DNA from: Octopus vulgaris
Taxonomy: Eukaryota
Direction of reading: 5' to 3'
Assembly (NCBI GenBank): GCA_951406725.2
Contig: OX597833.1
Location: 32,178,001 to 32,242,000 of the forward strand
DNA: 64,000 nucleotides
Part shown: positions 1 through 13,375 of the stretch, piece after piece
How positions within the stretch are numbered: position 1 is the stretch's first letter
Layout: every line of letters begins with the position of its first letter
Program-made: the position numbers and the translations under genes
The notes under the pieces: generated by a model
Database searches by the model: none
What the model was told of the DNA's origin: nothing
What the model saw: only the letters and a program-made list of their open reading frames with translations

Positions 1-312
1 AGTGGTTAGAGCGTCGAGCTTACGATCGTGAGGTTGTGACATCGAGTCCCAGACCGGGCTGCGTGTTGTGTTCTTGAGCAAGACACTTTATTTCACGTTG
101 CTCCTGTTCACTCAGCTGTAGAAATGAGTTGCGACGTCACAGGTGCCAAGCTGTATCGGCCCTTGCCTTTCCCTTGGACAACATCGGTGACGTGGAGAGG
201 GGAGGCCGGTATGCATGATCTTCCATAAAACAACCTTGTCCAGACTTGTGCCTCAGAGGGTAACTCTCTAGGTGCAAACCCATGGTCAGTGTCTGACCGA
301 AAGGGGTCATCT
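1..312 (+). mobile_element. tRNA-derived SINE (head cut by window edge)
   Basis: A-box-like AGTGGTTAGAGCG and B-box-like (A)TCGAGTCCC, followed by the central motif TGTGTTCTTGAGCAAGACACTT typical of SINE core domains. Confidence 0.75.
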
Positions 313-335
313 TATATATAGAGCACGTGAGTCTT

Positions 336-375
<40 letters not shown>

Positions 376-376
<1 letters not shown>

Positions 377-1245
377 TAGGTCATCTCATAAGTAATGCAG
401 TTTTTTTCAATTGCATGAGCTTAGAGTAGGAGGGGGATGAGGGACGGGATTAACTACCTGCATCAACTTGCTATAAAAGCAGGTAATAATTTTACTATGT
501 CCTTATTCTTAGAGCAAGTTTTAAAGATTGCAGTTCGATTTTAACAGTTATTTTTCAAAGCTATAATGGAACTAACAAAGGAGCATATTCGGCATATTTT
601 ACTTTATGAGTTCAATAAAGGTTCTCGATTGGTGGAACGCAACGGAATGTGCGAGAAATAATAATGCAGTATATGGGGATCGGACACTAAAGCATAAGCC
701 AGTGTCAACGGTGGTTTTAGACATTCTGAGTCGGAAACTATAGCTTAGAAGACAAGCCTCGTCCTGGAAGATCTGTAGACCTTGACGAGGACGTCTTGCA
801 AATCTTGGTGGAACAAAATCCCATGATAACTATTGAGGAACCAGCGGAGAAGCTTGGATTTGGTCATTCAACCATTCATCGACATCTTCGTGTCATCGGA
901 AAAGTCAGCAAATTGGATCAATGGGTTCCTCACAAACTTTCCGAGTCTAATCTTCTTTGCTGTAATATATCACGAATGAACCTTTTTGGACCGAATAAGG
1001 ACTGGTGATGAGAAATGGGTTCTCTATAAAAATGCCAAGCACTGAAGACAGTGGATAGGGAAAAGAGAAACACCGGCACCCCAGACTAAAGAAAGCCTTC
1101 ACCCACGGAAGATGTCATTTACTTGGTGGGATATGAAAGACCGAGTCCACTTTGAACTTTTAAACCCAAAACAAGCGATAACAAAGATCTACTGCGATCA
1201 GCTTCAGCGGCTTAAGTCAACACTAGAAGAAAAATGACCATCTTT
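376..1245 (+). mobile_element. Mariner transposon, decayed and 3'-truncated
   Basis: Starts right after (TA)n. ATG at ~566 reads MELTKEHIRHILLYEFNKG; WVPHKL and TGDEKW motifs present; several stops and frameshifts. Confidence 0.9.
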
Positions 1246-1379
1246 GTGTGCAAAGAAGAGATTAACCCATATAAAGCTTTATAATCTTGTTAACATGAAT
1301 CAAAATGATTATTGATTTCTAAATAGGTCACAAGGACAACCGTAAACATACAAACACGTAAAACACCCACAACCGCTCT

Positions 1380-1434
<55 letters not shown>

Positions 1435-1499
1435 TGTGTGTGTATGTGTGTGTGTGTATGTGTGTGTGTGTGTGTGTGTGTGAATTGAATTGAACTAGT

Positions 1500-3190
1500 T
1501 TCAGCTCACAAGCTGTGGCCGTGCTGGGGCACTGTCATTTGGTGTTGCTACATAATTTTTACTTCACTAATTCTTTGTAGAACTTCACATTTGGTGCATG
1601 AGGGAGTTTGATGCGCTGCCCTCATTTGCACATCTGTGAAACTGGTTTAGCTGGGACACTTTACAGTAAGATAGTTTTGCTTTGAAGAAATCTACATCCA
1701 CTCAATGCAGGTCTCTCAGATCCTTCGGGAAGATATTGAAGAGCTGTGGGCCTTTAAAGCGCAGGCTACTGCAATAGCTTGTCCTATGTTTTGATGGCAA
1801 AATTGGAGTCTTTGGCACTATGTGGTGGTGCCCTGTTCTAGCGTTAGTGTAACTCTCAATGCCAAAATTTGGGACAAGTCCCTCCAAGATATTCCAGATG
1901 TATATTACGGCTTCACTTTCCCGTCTACGTATAGAGTCTCAATCTCTTGAGTCTTTCCCAGTAGCTTATATGCTGTATTGAGGCTATCTTCTTCGTGTAG
2001 CTTCGTTGGATTGCCTCAATTTCTGCAATGAATTTTACACTGCTTGGTGACCATAGCTGGGAGCAATAGTCAAAGAGGCTAAGGACAAATGTTATTCAAA
2101 GGACCATCATGGTTTCCTGCTCTCTCGTTTTAAAAGTTCTAAGAATTCATCCGGTCAGCCGCCTACATTTAATTGCCAACTTAGAAACATGCACATAGAA
2201 GGATGCATCATTACTCATGTAAATACTCAAGTCTCGCACTGACTGTGTCTCTGGGATTGCAATCCCTCCAGGTCCAGGATATCTAATTGGTATTGCATTT
2301 AGTTTTGCATGCTGATAGTATAGGGCTTGAAACTTTTCAGCATTAAACTGCATGCTATTCTTCTTAGCATACTTGTATATTTCATCTAACTCACGTTCTG
2401 TATCACCTGTGAGACTTTTGTATCATCTGCTTAATTTGTGATCATGGCCATCTGTGTGGCTGAGGGCATATCTGAGAGGGCCATTATGAACAGTAGTGGT
2501 TCCCGAAAAATGCCCCACGGGGCACCACTCACTATTTGCGTGTCATTAGAGGTGGCCCCATTGGTTACTCCTGCTTGATTTCTATCTTTCAGAAAGTCAT
2601 GCAGCCATTCTCCCAATTTCTCGACTATGCCGAGATCATACATTTTGTGACATATTCCATGATCGACTTGCAAAGTCGATATATATTACATCCGCATTTG
2701 AGTGGTCGAGCAGCTGTTTCAACACTCAGTCATAGTGTTGTAAGAGCTGAGCTAGGTAGCTTCTTCCTGGTCGGAAACCACGTTGGGTGTCAGTCAGCAA
2801 GTCATTTTCCTCAAGGCAGGTGATTAGTTTTCTTCTGACTATTCGTTCTATGATTTGCTGATGTGCGAGGTCAGAGAGATAGGTCTGTAGTTTTTGGCCT
2901 CTGCTCTGATACCTTCTTTATGGATGGGGCATATTTTCCCTTCCTTCAGCTTGTTTGGCAGTTTGTTGTTGCAAGGAAGCTGTGGAAGAGCGACTGCAGT
3001 GGTCTTGCTAGGACTCGCTTACATGGTTTTTGAAGGATTACTGGGAATCCATCAGGGGGCAGTAGCTGAGTTCGGGTTCATCACATCTATAACCCATTTT
3101 ACATCATCTACTTTTATATTGATGCAATCAATCATCACTGCCTCTGTTTTTATATCTGCTGTGGCATAGTCAGCTGGATTGCTGACTTTC
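1500..3190 (-). mobile_element. CR1/L2-group LINE reverse transcriptase remnant
   Basis: Minus-strand fragments IVSGAPWG (GVPQG-like), MQFNAEKFQAL, LFDYCSQLWSP and GPQLFNIFP..LR; frameshifted. Confidence 0.75.
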
Positions 3191-4094
3191 AAGTGTTTTG
3201 GGGTTGGAGTGAAAACACTTTTGGATTACTCTCAGTTGCTCGCATAAATTTCAAGATAAAATTTAGGAGGGTTACAGTAGGGAACAAAAAAATGATAGTG
3301 ATGTTGTTGAATGCTCGAAATGAGGAGTAGATAAACAGCCGACAACTGATGAAGGGTCCTTTCATTGTGCTATATATATATATTGAATGCGGCGCATCCA
3401 TTTCCAAGTAAGTTTATCTTCACCTTTTCGATGCCACTTTCTATTTTATACGGTTTTCTTCATCCTTCTCTAATTTCATTTTTCCCCATCCCTCCTTCAC
3501 CGTTTTCTATCTGTTTCTCTTCCCCGTCTTTCTCTTTCTCTCGTTGCTCACACGTGACTATCGTCCATCTTTCTTTTCCTCACGTGACCATCTTTCTATT
3601 CCTGCACGGACGTTTAAACGAACGGACGTGTTTTTCTCTCTCTCTCTTCTATCTTTTCACTTTTCAAAAAAATGTTCTCCCAGCGTTCACTGTTTTTCTC
3701 TCGTTCCGTGTTTGTTTTCGTTCGGGTTCCTTGTATGTCTCTATTAATTTTTTTTTGTTCCCAACTTTGACACTCCATAAATCCTACATTTTATTTTAGA
3801 ATTTATGGGAGCAACTGTCTTTGAAGACTCATTGTCGTTGAATGTTAGAAATGTAGATAGTCAGCCGACAACTGAAGAAGGGTCCTTTCTCTGTGTTAAC
3901 CTGTCCTGTTTTCCATTTTCTCGTTGTTTACGTATTGAACTCTTTTTTCCCTCGTTTGTTCATGTATTTCATGTTATTTGCACATTTGGTGACGTCCTTT
4001 ATCTATAAATATTATATAATATTATTAAAAATATTATGACTATCCAGCAATAATAAAGCACCATAAAAGTTAGAATTAGTACGTTCGCTTTGTA

Positions 4095-4133
<39 letters not shown>

Positions 4134-4376
4134 CTGTCCATAGGCTAAAACCTACGGTGGCTAACAACATAATGTAACAAAACCGAGCCAAACAAGGTTT
4201 CTTTACCGCGATACCTCGTATAAAATCAGCTCACGTTATATCTCTTCACCGAAGGATGCACCCCAAGTAGTCGTACAGTATTCTACCCGCGAGCGATCGA
4301 TGTAAAATAGGGTGAAACGATCATTGTGAGCAATAAAACGTTTCGTATATTCCATTTCCCGTCTCTATAATTTGTT

Positions 4377-4654
<278 letters not shown>

Positions 4655-5840
4655 TGCAATCGTGGATCAAAAAGAGGCCGAGGAAGGGCGAATGGCACCG
4701 CGAGTGTCGCGTTGCATCAAGCAACTCTGCCGTCCTGGGTCAACCTTGAGTGACTCCATCACAACCAAAGCATTCTATAGGGGATTAGTGGAGGGGAGGT
4801 ACGACGACGAGCTCGGGGCGAACCTGGACGTCGACGAGGAATACCTGACCCGCCTGTTCGGGACGACTTTCGGGCCAGGGCCCATGGACAACTTCCAGAG
4901 ATCCCTGGCCTGGCAGTGCTACCGAGAAGCGCTACCCGTTCGGGATAAGCTCTACAGACACGGCTCGAGAAACACGGGGCCGACCTGCTCGAGATGCGGT
5001 CAGAGCGACGAAACCGTTCTGCACGCACTCGTGCAGTGTCCAACAATTTCCGACCTGTGGGCTTATGTCGAACAACTGCTGTCACGTGTGGGACGAGTCG
5101 GTTTATCAGCTGAGTCTATCGTCAATATTGTCACGCCTCCTTCCTTCAAACGGGAAGGAAGAGCTATTTTCATCATCCTTGTGGCTATGGCGAAAGAATG
5201 TATCTGGTGGACGCGTCTGAAAGGATTGGCGACAAACACTTTCCTCTCTGGTCAACCTCTCATCAACTTCTTCAAGTACCACTTGAAAAGGAAAGTGAGA
5301 GTAGAGAGGCAAGTTTTGTCTAGCGAACGTTTTAAAAAAAAGATGGGTGAATGTAGCAAGGATGGCACTTATGAATGACGAAGCCACCTTGAGCATAATC
5401 CTATGAACCCAGAAATTGAAAACAGAGGGTTACCCACTTGCAAACAAATGTGGTAACATATAACAATATTGACCAAGGTTACCGTGGTCTTTTTCGTAGG
5501 CTTTTCTTCCCACGGATAAACCTTACTTGCTTTCCCCTTTACACCATACATCATGACACTGTGATACACGATCCCTATTGATCGTTTTTTCCTCTTCCCC
5601 TTTTTTCCTCTTTTTTGTTCTTTTTTCATTTTTCTTCTCTTTTGTTCCTTTTCCCTTTTTCTTTTTTTCTTTTCCTTTTTTTCTTTTTTTCTTTTCTTTT
5701 GTTCTTTTTTCCCTTTTACGATCCCTCTTGATCGAAAACCTACGCCACCTTTTTTTTATTTTTTTGCTCCCCCAAAAGAAAAGCTCTACCTTGTAACTTG
5801 TCCCATCTGTGTGCAGCCCTGTGTGGCCAATAAAGAAACT
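4655..5840 (+). mobile_element. Tx1/L1-like LINE, 5'-truncated copy (ORF2 C-terminus + 3'UTR) inserted in (TATC)n
   Basis: ORF 4662-5378 has the zf-RVT-type CSRC..ETVLHALVQC motif; pyrimidine-rich UTR; AATAAA at 5829-5834; (TATC)n on both sides. Confidence 0.88.
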
Positions 5841-5858
5841 TATCTATCTATCTATCTG

Positions 5859-5920
<62 letters not shown>

Positions 5921-5925
5921 CATCC

Positions 5926-5992
<67 letters not shown>

Positions 5993-6005
5993 CATCCATC
6001 CACCC

Positions 6006-6073
<68 letters not shown>

Positions 6074-6150
6074 GTCTGTCTATCTGTCTGTCTGTCTGTC
6101 TGACTGTCTGTCTGTCTGTCTGACTGTCTGTCTGTCTATCTGTCTGTCTA

Positions 6151-6215
<65 letters not shown>
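5841..6215. repeat. (TATC)n/(TGTC)n microsatellite, right flank
   Basis: Directly visible. Confidence 0.95.
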
Positions 6216-8085
6216 AATAATTGATGAAGGAAACAGAAGGTAGATTATATCTATGCATACACGGGTGAGTACACAAGTGCCAAACAAGGTGGAAAAGCAT
6301 AGTACTGGAATACACACACACACACGCACACATACATGCATACATCTACGCATGCACGCATGCACACAACTGTATATGCATTCTCACCCCTCAAATACAC
6401 ATACGCACAAAGTTATATTCACCACAGTACATCCAGTGAAAAGCATTGAAAATCTCTCTCTCTCTCTCTCTCTCTTTTCCTGTCACTCTATCACTACTTC
6501 TCGCCATGGTCACTGTGACCTGCGAGATGAAATGGCTGTTAAATTTTCTCAAATTACATTCGATTGACTCATAAAAGGAAGGACAATTTGAACATAATAG
6601 TTAAAAACGTATGCAAAAAACCTTTTGACCACAGTTGAAATGCTTTTACTATAGGCATATTAGGTCAGGGCTTATTTGGGGTTAAATAAAAACAACAATA
6701 ACAGCAACGAAAACATCGTCATCATCAACAACACTGTACTTAAACACAAATGCATACAAACGCACAAATGTGAAATAACACACAACCACAATAAACAGAA
6801 ACTACTCACACGTATTTCCTTATTCTCTCTCGACGCCTCTCAATTACGTGCGCGCATGCACGCACACACAAACACACACACACGCAATAATGTATGACAT
6901 TGCAAACTGGAGTACATATCTACGCAGCCTAGCTAAAAGCAAACGATCAATAAATATTGTATGAAGTCACCGTTCTAGAGTTATTGATTGTGACCAATTT
7001 TAGCTTTCCCTTTTAACAATAGTTGGTTTATTATTTTGATCACTCTCACCAGATATGTAAGGATTCCGATGTCATTTTAATCGTATCTTTTGCCTTTGTG
7101 GTTACCACCTATATGTCTTATGTCCCTCACTATGTGTGTATCTGCGTTCATTTATATGTATGCTCTTTGTGTGTGTGTGTGTGTGTGTGTGTACATATCT
7201 TTATGTGGGAAAATGTATGGAGAATATAGAGTGTCGACTATATTGTCCAAAAATTCTCATCCAACGATCTTATTTGAATTAGCTCCCTAGTTTGATTATT
7301 TTATTTTGAATATCTCAAAGGTTAAGTTTTTGTCTACAAATAACCATGATCATTTCAACTGGTCGAAGTTATTCAGCTCTCTACATTACATATGTAAAAT
7401 TCTACTGTATTCAGCATAGAAAAAGCATTTTTGAAATATTTATTTTCAGTCTTATTGTTATATTTCAACCGTCAATATGGCTGGAAGTGAGGCAGAAATG
7501 TGGGAAAATGAAGCTCAGAACTTCTCCGATTGGAATCACTTTAGTACCACCGGAACCGACTAAAAAAAAACAATAGTAAAACAAAAGTTCTGTGATATAG
7601 AGATAAATGTCTGATAATAGGTTTTAGGGTTTTGTTTTGGGGGTGAGGGTCGTAAATCACTTCCTAGTTTCGGCGGGGGAGGTTGAAATTTGATATTATT
7701 GTGATGAGTGGTCAATCTACATCTATCCATCACTACAGGTTTATAACTTTATGTTTATAGTGTGTGTGTGCGTGCATATACACACACATACATATATACA
7801 TACATACATACATACATACATCCATACATACACAAGCGTATGTACGTACATACATACATACATACATACATACATGCATACATGCGTATATACATACATA
7901 CACACATACATACATATATATGACGAACTAACTGTTACTTTCTCAGATGCAGCACGGATTTTTGTCAGTGAACAGGTCGCGGATTTTAGCGACGAAAATA
8001 TTTTGACAAATTGAACTTAAATGTTGAAGTGAATCGAACGGCTTTTGTGTGTTTCTTAAATGGCTTACAAACACCTTCCACGCTG

Positions 8086-8154
<69 letters not shown>

Positions 8155-8165
8155 ATATATATATA

Positions 8166-8637
8166 TTGCATCGATTGCCATTTCCCAGTAAATATTGGTG
8201 TCATGTACCACTTATCTATTTTTATATGTATAATTCTACCCTTATCGGGCTTTACTTCATTGGAAAGTAATACATTCATTTGTATTGCATTAATATTTTC
8301 ATTGAAAACTTCTTTACTGTTCTCGTTCTGTTAACGGCTAGGCGTTCAGGCGAGTTCACTGGCATTGGTGTGGCAACATTTGAAATATTGTCTAGGTAAA
8401 TGCAGCTGATGAAGACTAATCAAATTTACGTTGTCAAACGTATTTGAAGAGTTAGAAACCGGTCCCGCATTATCCGATTCTAGGTTGTCCATTTATCGAA
8501 TTTCTTCCTAGAGGTAAGACAAACTTTTCATGTTTGTTGCACATACACGTCTTTGCTAGTAAATACACAGTGAAGCTAATACAATAGCGTCGTATTTGTA
8601 TCGATTGCTATTTTCCAGTAAATGTTGGTGCCTTATC

Positions 8638-8640
<3 letters not shown>
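8166..8640 (+). mobile_element. Retrozyme-like/PLE-tail unit (~430-bp monomer plus terminal redundancy) in (TA)n
   Basis: ATCGATTGC.ATTT.CCAGTAAAT.TTGGTG occurs at 8170 and 8600 (period 430); contains a hammerhead; (TA)n on both sides. Confidence 0.6.
8399..8471 (+). ncRNA. Type I hammerhead ribozyme motif with long helix II
   Basis: AATGCAG-CTGATGA-[hairpin GACT..TCAAAT..ACGTT / AACGT..ATTTGA..AGTT]-GAAA-CCGG-TC-CCGCATT; helix I has one mismatch. Confidence 0.7.
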
Positions 8641-8688
<48 letters not shown>

Positions 8689-9342
8689 TAAAGTAAAGAA
8701 ACCACAAAATCCCTCGTGAATAATAGCAACCCAGGAATTCGTGAATGAAATACATATCAGATCAACTTCAACATAAAAAAAAATCGTTGTCTTATGTATA
8801 ACGAAAATTTACGGCAGTATTAAGAGGTGATGCATCAGTCTAAAATATAAAAAAATTAAAGCAGAGACCTAGAAGAGATGAACTGCTACAAAGCAGTTAT
8901 TAACAGAACGTAGTATTTCTAGCATGTTGAACGAATATATAGAGGCAATGCATTATTCTAAAATAAAAAAAAATTAAAACAGAGACCTAGAAGATGAACA
9001 GAACGTGCATTTATTATTAAAAAAATAACGATGAATTAATAAGATATATTAACTGAAAAAAAATCACTCACACAACTAAACATAAGCTTTAATAAAAATA
9101 ATTCTTTCTACGGAGGAACGATAAAAATAAAATATCTTTAGTATTAAAGAAACAGAGAGTAAATACTATGCAATACATATTTTTAGATGTTTTATATCGC
9201 AAAAGTAAATCAAATTGTATGAATAGATCGTAAGATTGATCCGCGAAATAAAAATTTCAAATAGCGTTGACGATAATAAACATTCTATACAGTGAAACAC
9301 CTTTTCTGTTAAATTTATTACTAATGATCTGATATGTGCGTG

Positions 9343-9373
<31 letters not shown>

Positions 9374-9599
9374 CAAAGTAATTCCAACTCTGTTTTTTAT
9401 GTTTTATTTATATTCTTTATAATATTAATGTAGAATATTGAATATATAGTATAAATAATATATATATAGTAAAATTAAATGAAAGATTGATTGTCTTATT
9501 GAATAGATGAAATATTGAATATAAAATATTAAGGGAATAGTATACTTTCTTGCATTATGGCAGTCTTCAATGTCCCAGGTTGTGACAGGAGTGTTTCAA

Positions 9600-9641
<42 letters not shown>

Positions 9642-9782
9642 CATACATATGTATGTGTGTGTATGTAGACATACACACATCTATTATATATTATATGATA
9701 GATATGTCTATCTATCAAACATATGTATGTGTGTGTGTATGTAGACATACACACATCTATCATATATTATATATATGATATA

Positions 9783-10589
9783 CTAGCAGAGTTACCCGGC
9801 GTTGCCCGTGTTACATACAATTGAAGAATTAGACTTTTCTGTTATATTTTCTGTAATGAACTGGAATACCTATGTTTCGAATTTCATCAAAATTGCAGAT
9901 GCAGGTTATTTCCCTCTTTACACACCCTAAAACATTGTAATCGTGCCACATGTATCCCATACTACTGATTGTTATGCACATATTCCAAAATTCCAGTCTT
10001 ATAGAACCTGTTAAAAGGATTTTGTTCCTGAAAAATGGAGGTCATGGAGCTCTAAAATGTGAGAGTTAACGCCTCTATTGTGGGTGGGCATCTTAATGTC
10101 AACCAGAGAAGTTGAATTGTTGAGAATCTTTTTAACTTGGGTCTTATATCTATTGTTTGAATTTCTTTGAAATAGGAAATATATGTTCACTGGGTTTGTA
10201 AAAGAGAGCAAAGCTACAGGAAACCAAAAGACGAATGATCACAATAAGCAGTCAGCTGCTACAGTACCCTAGTCGTTACCACTCCTAATGTAGTATTCCA
10301 CACCATGCAGGTGACAGGAACAGCCGATAGATACATTACGAATTGGAAGAGCGTGACCCAACTGAAATAAACACTAACAACTGTGTGACGTGAGTGCTAA
10401 GTAGAAATGAAAGTTGGAGTTTGCAAATGACCACTATACTGATACGTAACTGGATAGAATAAATTTACAATATATAAATGTCTTTGAATAACCAGTCACT
10501 CATCTGGGAAGGCCTTGAAATTAATGTTACCATCTGGGGACCCAGTGATAATAAAAAGACTGAAAGGAGGTCTGCAACCAAATAACTTT
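9783..10589 (-). mobile_element. Non-autonomous Helitron-like element (3' end at left; far boundary uncertain)
   Basis: CTAG at 9783 next to the GC-rich CCCGGCGTTGCCCG subterminal motif shared with other Helitron ends in the window. Confidence 0.5.
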
Positions 10590-11364
10590 ACTCAACACTG
10601 TTGTACCATTGAATTACAAATAATGCTCATCTATGCTCGGGTGACCCTACAGCTTCTAAGAGTACAACTGCATTCGTCTTTGCTTAGATAAAATGACAAA
10701 ATTGTGGGTCTTTCTAACTTGTAAGAAGATGAAATTTTATAAATATTACTTCATTTGTATCTAATATCTATGGTTAAAATTTCATCAACAGCAAAAGTAT
10801 ATGAATTGTCATGGGGGTTATGGCCCTTATACATAGAATATAATTTCCAAATTTCGTAAAGATCCATTCAGTACTTTTGACTTAGTTTTGGATTATAAAA
10901 GAAATGACTAAAATTTGGGAGTTAAGGCCCCCATTAGGATGTCTTAGAATCCTCATGTGAAATGGAAACTTTGAGAATACTTCTTTCATCAACATCTAAA
11001 ATTTATAAATTTTCATGGGGGTTCTGCCCCCTTTAAGCCATCTGAAATTCAAACCAACCATATTGCATTATACACGCCCTTATGCATTGAATCTAAGTTT
11101 CAAATATGATAAGGATCCATTCAGTAATTTTGGTCCATGAGATTGTATGAAACACACAGCATTACCCTTCTCCTTAGGCTTGGATTTTGTGTTCCAAATT
11201 TCATTATGATCGGTGCAGCAGTTTTCGAATGTATAAGTAATACACCAACACATAAATTTTATCTAAGCAAAGACGAATATAGTTGTACTCTTAGAAGCTG
11301 TAGGGTCACCCGAGCATAGAAGATGAGCATTATTTGTAATTCAATGGAACAACAGTGTAAGAGT
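10590..11364. mobile_element. ~775-bp element with ~105-bp inverted repeats (MITE-like)
   Basis: 10590-10694 is the near reverse complement of 11256-11364. Confidence 0.65.
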
Positions 11365-11537
11365 TTGCTTTGACATACACGTAGATTGTGATTTCTGCAA
11401 TGTGCTGCATAAATTGTCAAGTAAATGAGAGGCATCTTGCTTCCACTGATTCAGTTGCAAAGTTATTTGATTGCAGACCCCCTTTCAGTGTTTTTATTAT
11501 CACACGATTGATTCTTTAAGTTTCTGTCTACGAAATC

Positions 11538-11628
<91 letters not shown>

Positions 11629-11779
11629 TCACACACACACATATGTATAGACACACACACACATATGTATAGACACACACACACTCACACACATATATGT
11701 ATACACACACAAAGATAAATTGTGTGAGCAAACAAAAATATGAGATACTGCCTAGGGTTTTTTTTTTATTTTGATAAGT

Positions 11780-12083
11780 CTGGTACTTATTCTATCAGTT
11801 TCTTCTTGTGAAACCAGTAAGTTATGTAATGTAAATAAATGAACACCAGTTGTGAGGCAGTGATGAGGGAGAAACACAAAGACACGCACATAAACTTACA
11901 TATATACATACATATATATACAATTGATTTCTTTTAGTTTCTGTCTACAAAATACACTGACAAGGCTTTGGTTGGTTTGAGGCTATAGCAGAAGACACAT
12001 GCCAAGTCACCACACAGTGGGACTGAACTCAGGACCGTGTGTTTTGGAACGAAGTTTGTTACCACACAGCCACACCTGCACCT
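11780..12083 (-). mobile_element. tRNA-derived SINE, diverged
   Basis: Minus-strand head AGGTGCAGGTGTGGCTGTGTGGTAA...GAGTTCAGTCCCAC; homologous to 18165-18605. Confidence 0.75.
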
Positions 12084-12270
12084 ATGTATGTGTGTGTGTA
12101 TGTGTGTATGGGTGTATATATGTATGCATGTATATATGTGTATATATATGTGTACTTATTACATGTACATCTCTATATATATACATCTACACATATACAT
12201 GTATACATATACATCTATATGTATAGAAATACATGTATACATATACATGTATATATATACATCCATATAT

Positions 12271-12320
<50 letters not shown>

Positions 12321-12504
12321 CATGTATGTATATATATATATATATATATATATACATACATGTATGTATATAAATCTATATACATATACATGTAAATGTA
12401 AATTTAAAATAATAAGGGTGAAAAATTGAATATTAATTTGATTAATATCAATTTAAAACCAGTGGTGTAGCATACTGAAAAGTCTGAAGTTTCAGAAAAA
12501 ATTA

Positions 12505-12820
12505 TATTACATACATATAAGAGGGATGTTCATTTTCAGTTCATGCCACTTATATAATAGTTTCACTATTAAAATAAAAGCATTTGACATTACAATAGAG
12601 AGATGTTTTTGTTTCACTTTTGACACGTAATACTGAAATAGTGGAGAAGATATGATATTGCTGTGGGCTCGCCCTAGGCAAGAAGTTAAAAATTTCTTTT
12701 GCCCATGACACAACATGGACCTTAAGTAAGGCATGTGTAAAATTTGAATGAAATTGGTTATGTAGTTCTCAAGTTTTAGGGATTCACACAGACACACATT
12801 CTCAGTTATATATGTATAGA
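12505..12820 (-). mobile_element. Helitron-like 5' fragment (same family as 28624)
   Basis: Minus strand TCTATACATATATAACTGAGAATGTGT...CCCTAAAACTTGAGAACTAC matches 28624-29050. Confidence 0.65.
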
Positions 12821-12834
12821 TATTGTATCATTAT

Positions 12835-12891
<57 letters not shown>

Positions 12892-13064
12892 TAGAGCGGT
12901 TAAAAACGTATCTTCCATGCGTGTTGAATGATCAATGTTTAAATAAAACATCGACAATTCTCCTTGATGCAAAATAAATGTAGAAGGCGACCTTTAAATA
13001 AATAATATTTATCTCTCACCAGATGGAGAACTTTTTTGTTGAATTTTCTATCACGGATCAGGAC

Positions 13065-13149
<85 letters not shown>

Positions 13150-13152
<3 letters not shown>

Positions 13153-13352
13153 AAGTTAATCCAAACAAGAAAACAAAAAAGACAACAACGCAAGGAGGTG
13201 GAACAATTAAAGTATTATTAGGCGCTCAGGAAAGAAGGGAAGAAGGAGGGTATGACGTTTCGAGCGGAGCTCTTCGTCGGAAACATGGGAGAAAGAAAGA
13301 TCCCGAGGTGGGAGGACAGAGGGAAAAAAATGCAAGTGGTCTCACGAGGTCA
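13150..13352 (-). mobile_element. Penelope-like 3' tail fragment with decayed minimal hammerhead (13251-13285)
   Basis: Minus strand TGTTT-CCGACGA-AGAGC TCC GCTC-GAAA-CGTC-ATA; (TA)n on both sides. Confidence 0.5.
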
Positions 13353-13375
13353 ATATATATATATATATATATACA

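Noticed and set aside
1-60. tRNA gene (also SINE heads at ~18605 and ~42187)
   Set aside because: A/B boxes run on into SINE bodies; no complete cloverleaf
3338-3365. CTGATGA (and CTGAAGA at ~3872) as hammerhead cores
   Set aside because: No correctly placed GAAA or closing helices found
4240-4332. Hammerhead-like CCGAAGGA..CACCC...GGGTGAAACGATC
   Set aside because: Core and helix I too degenerate to support a call
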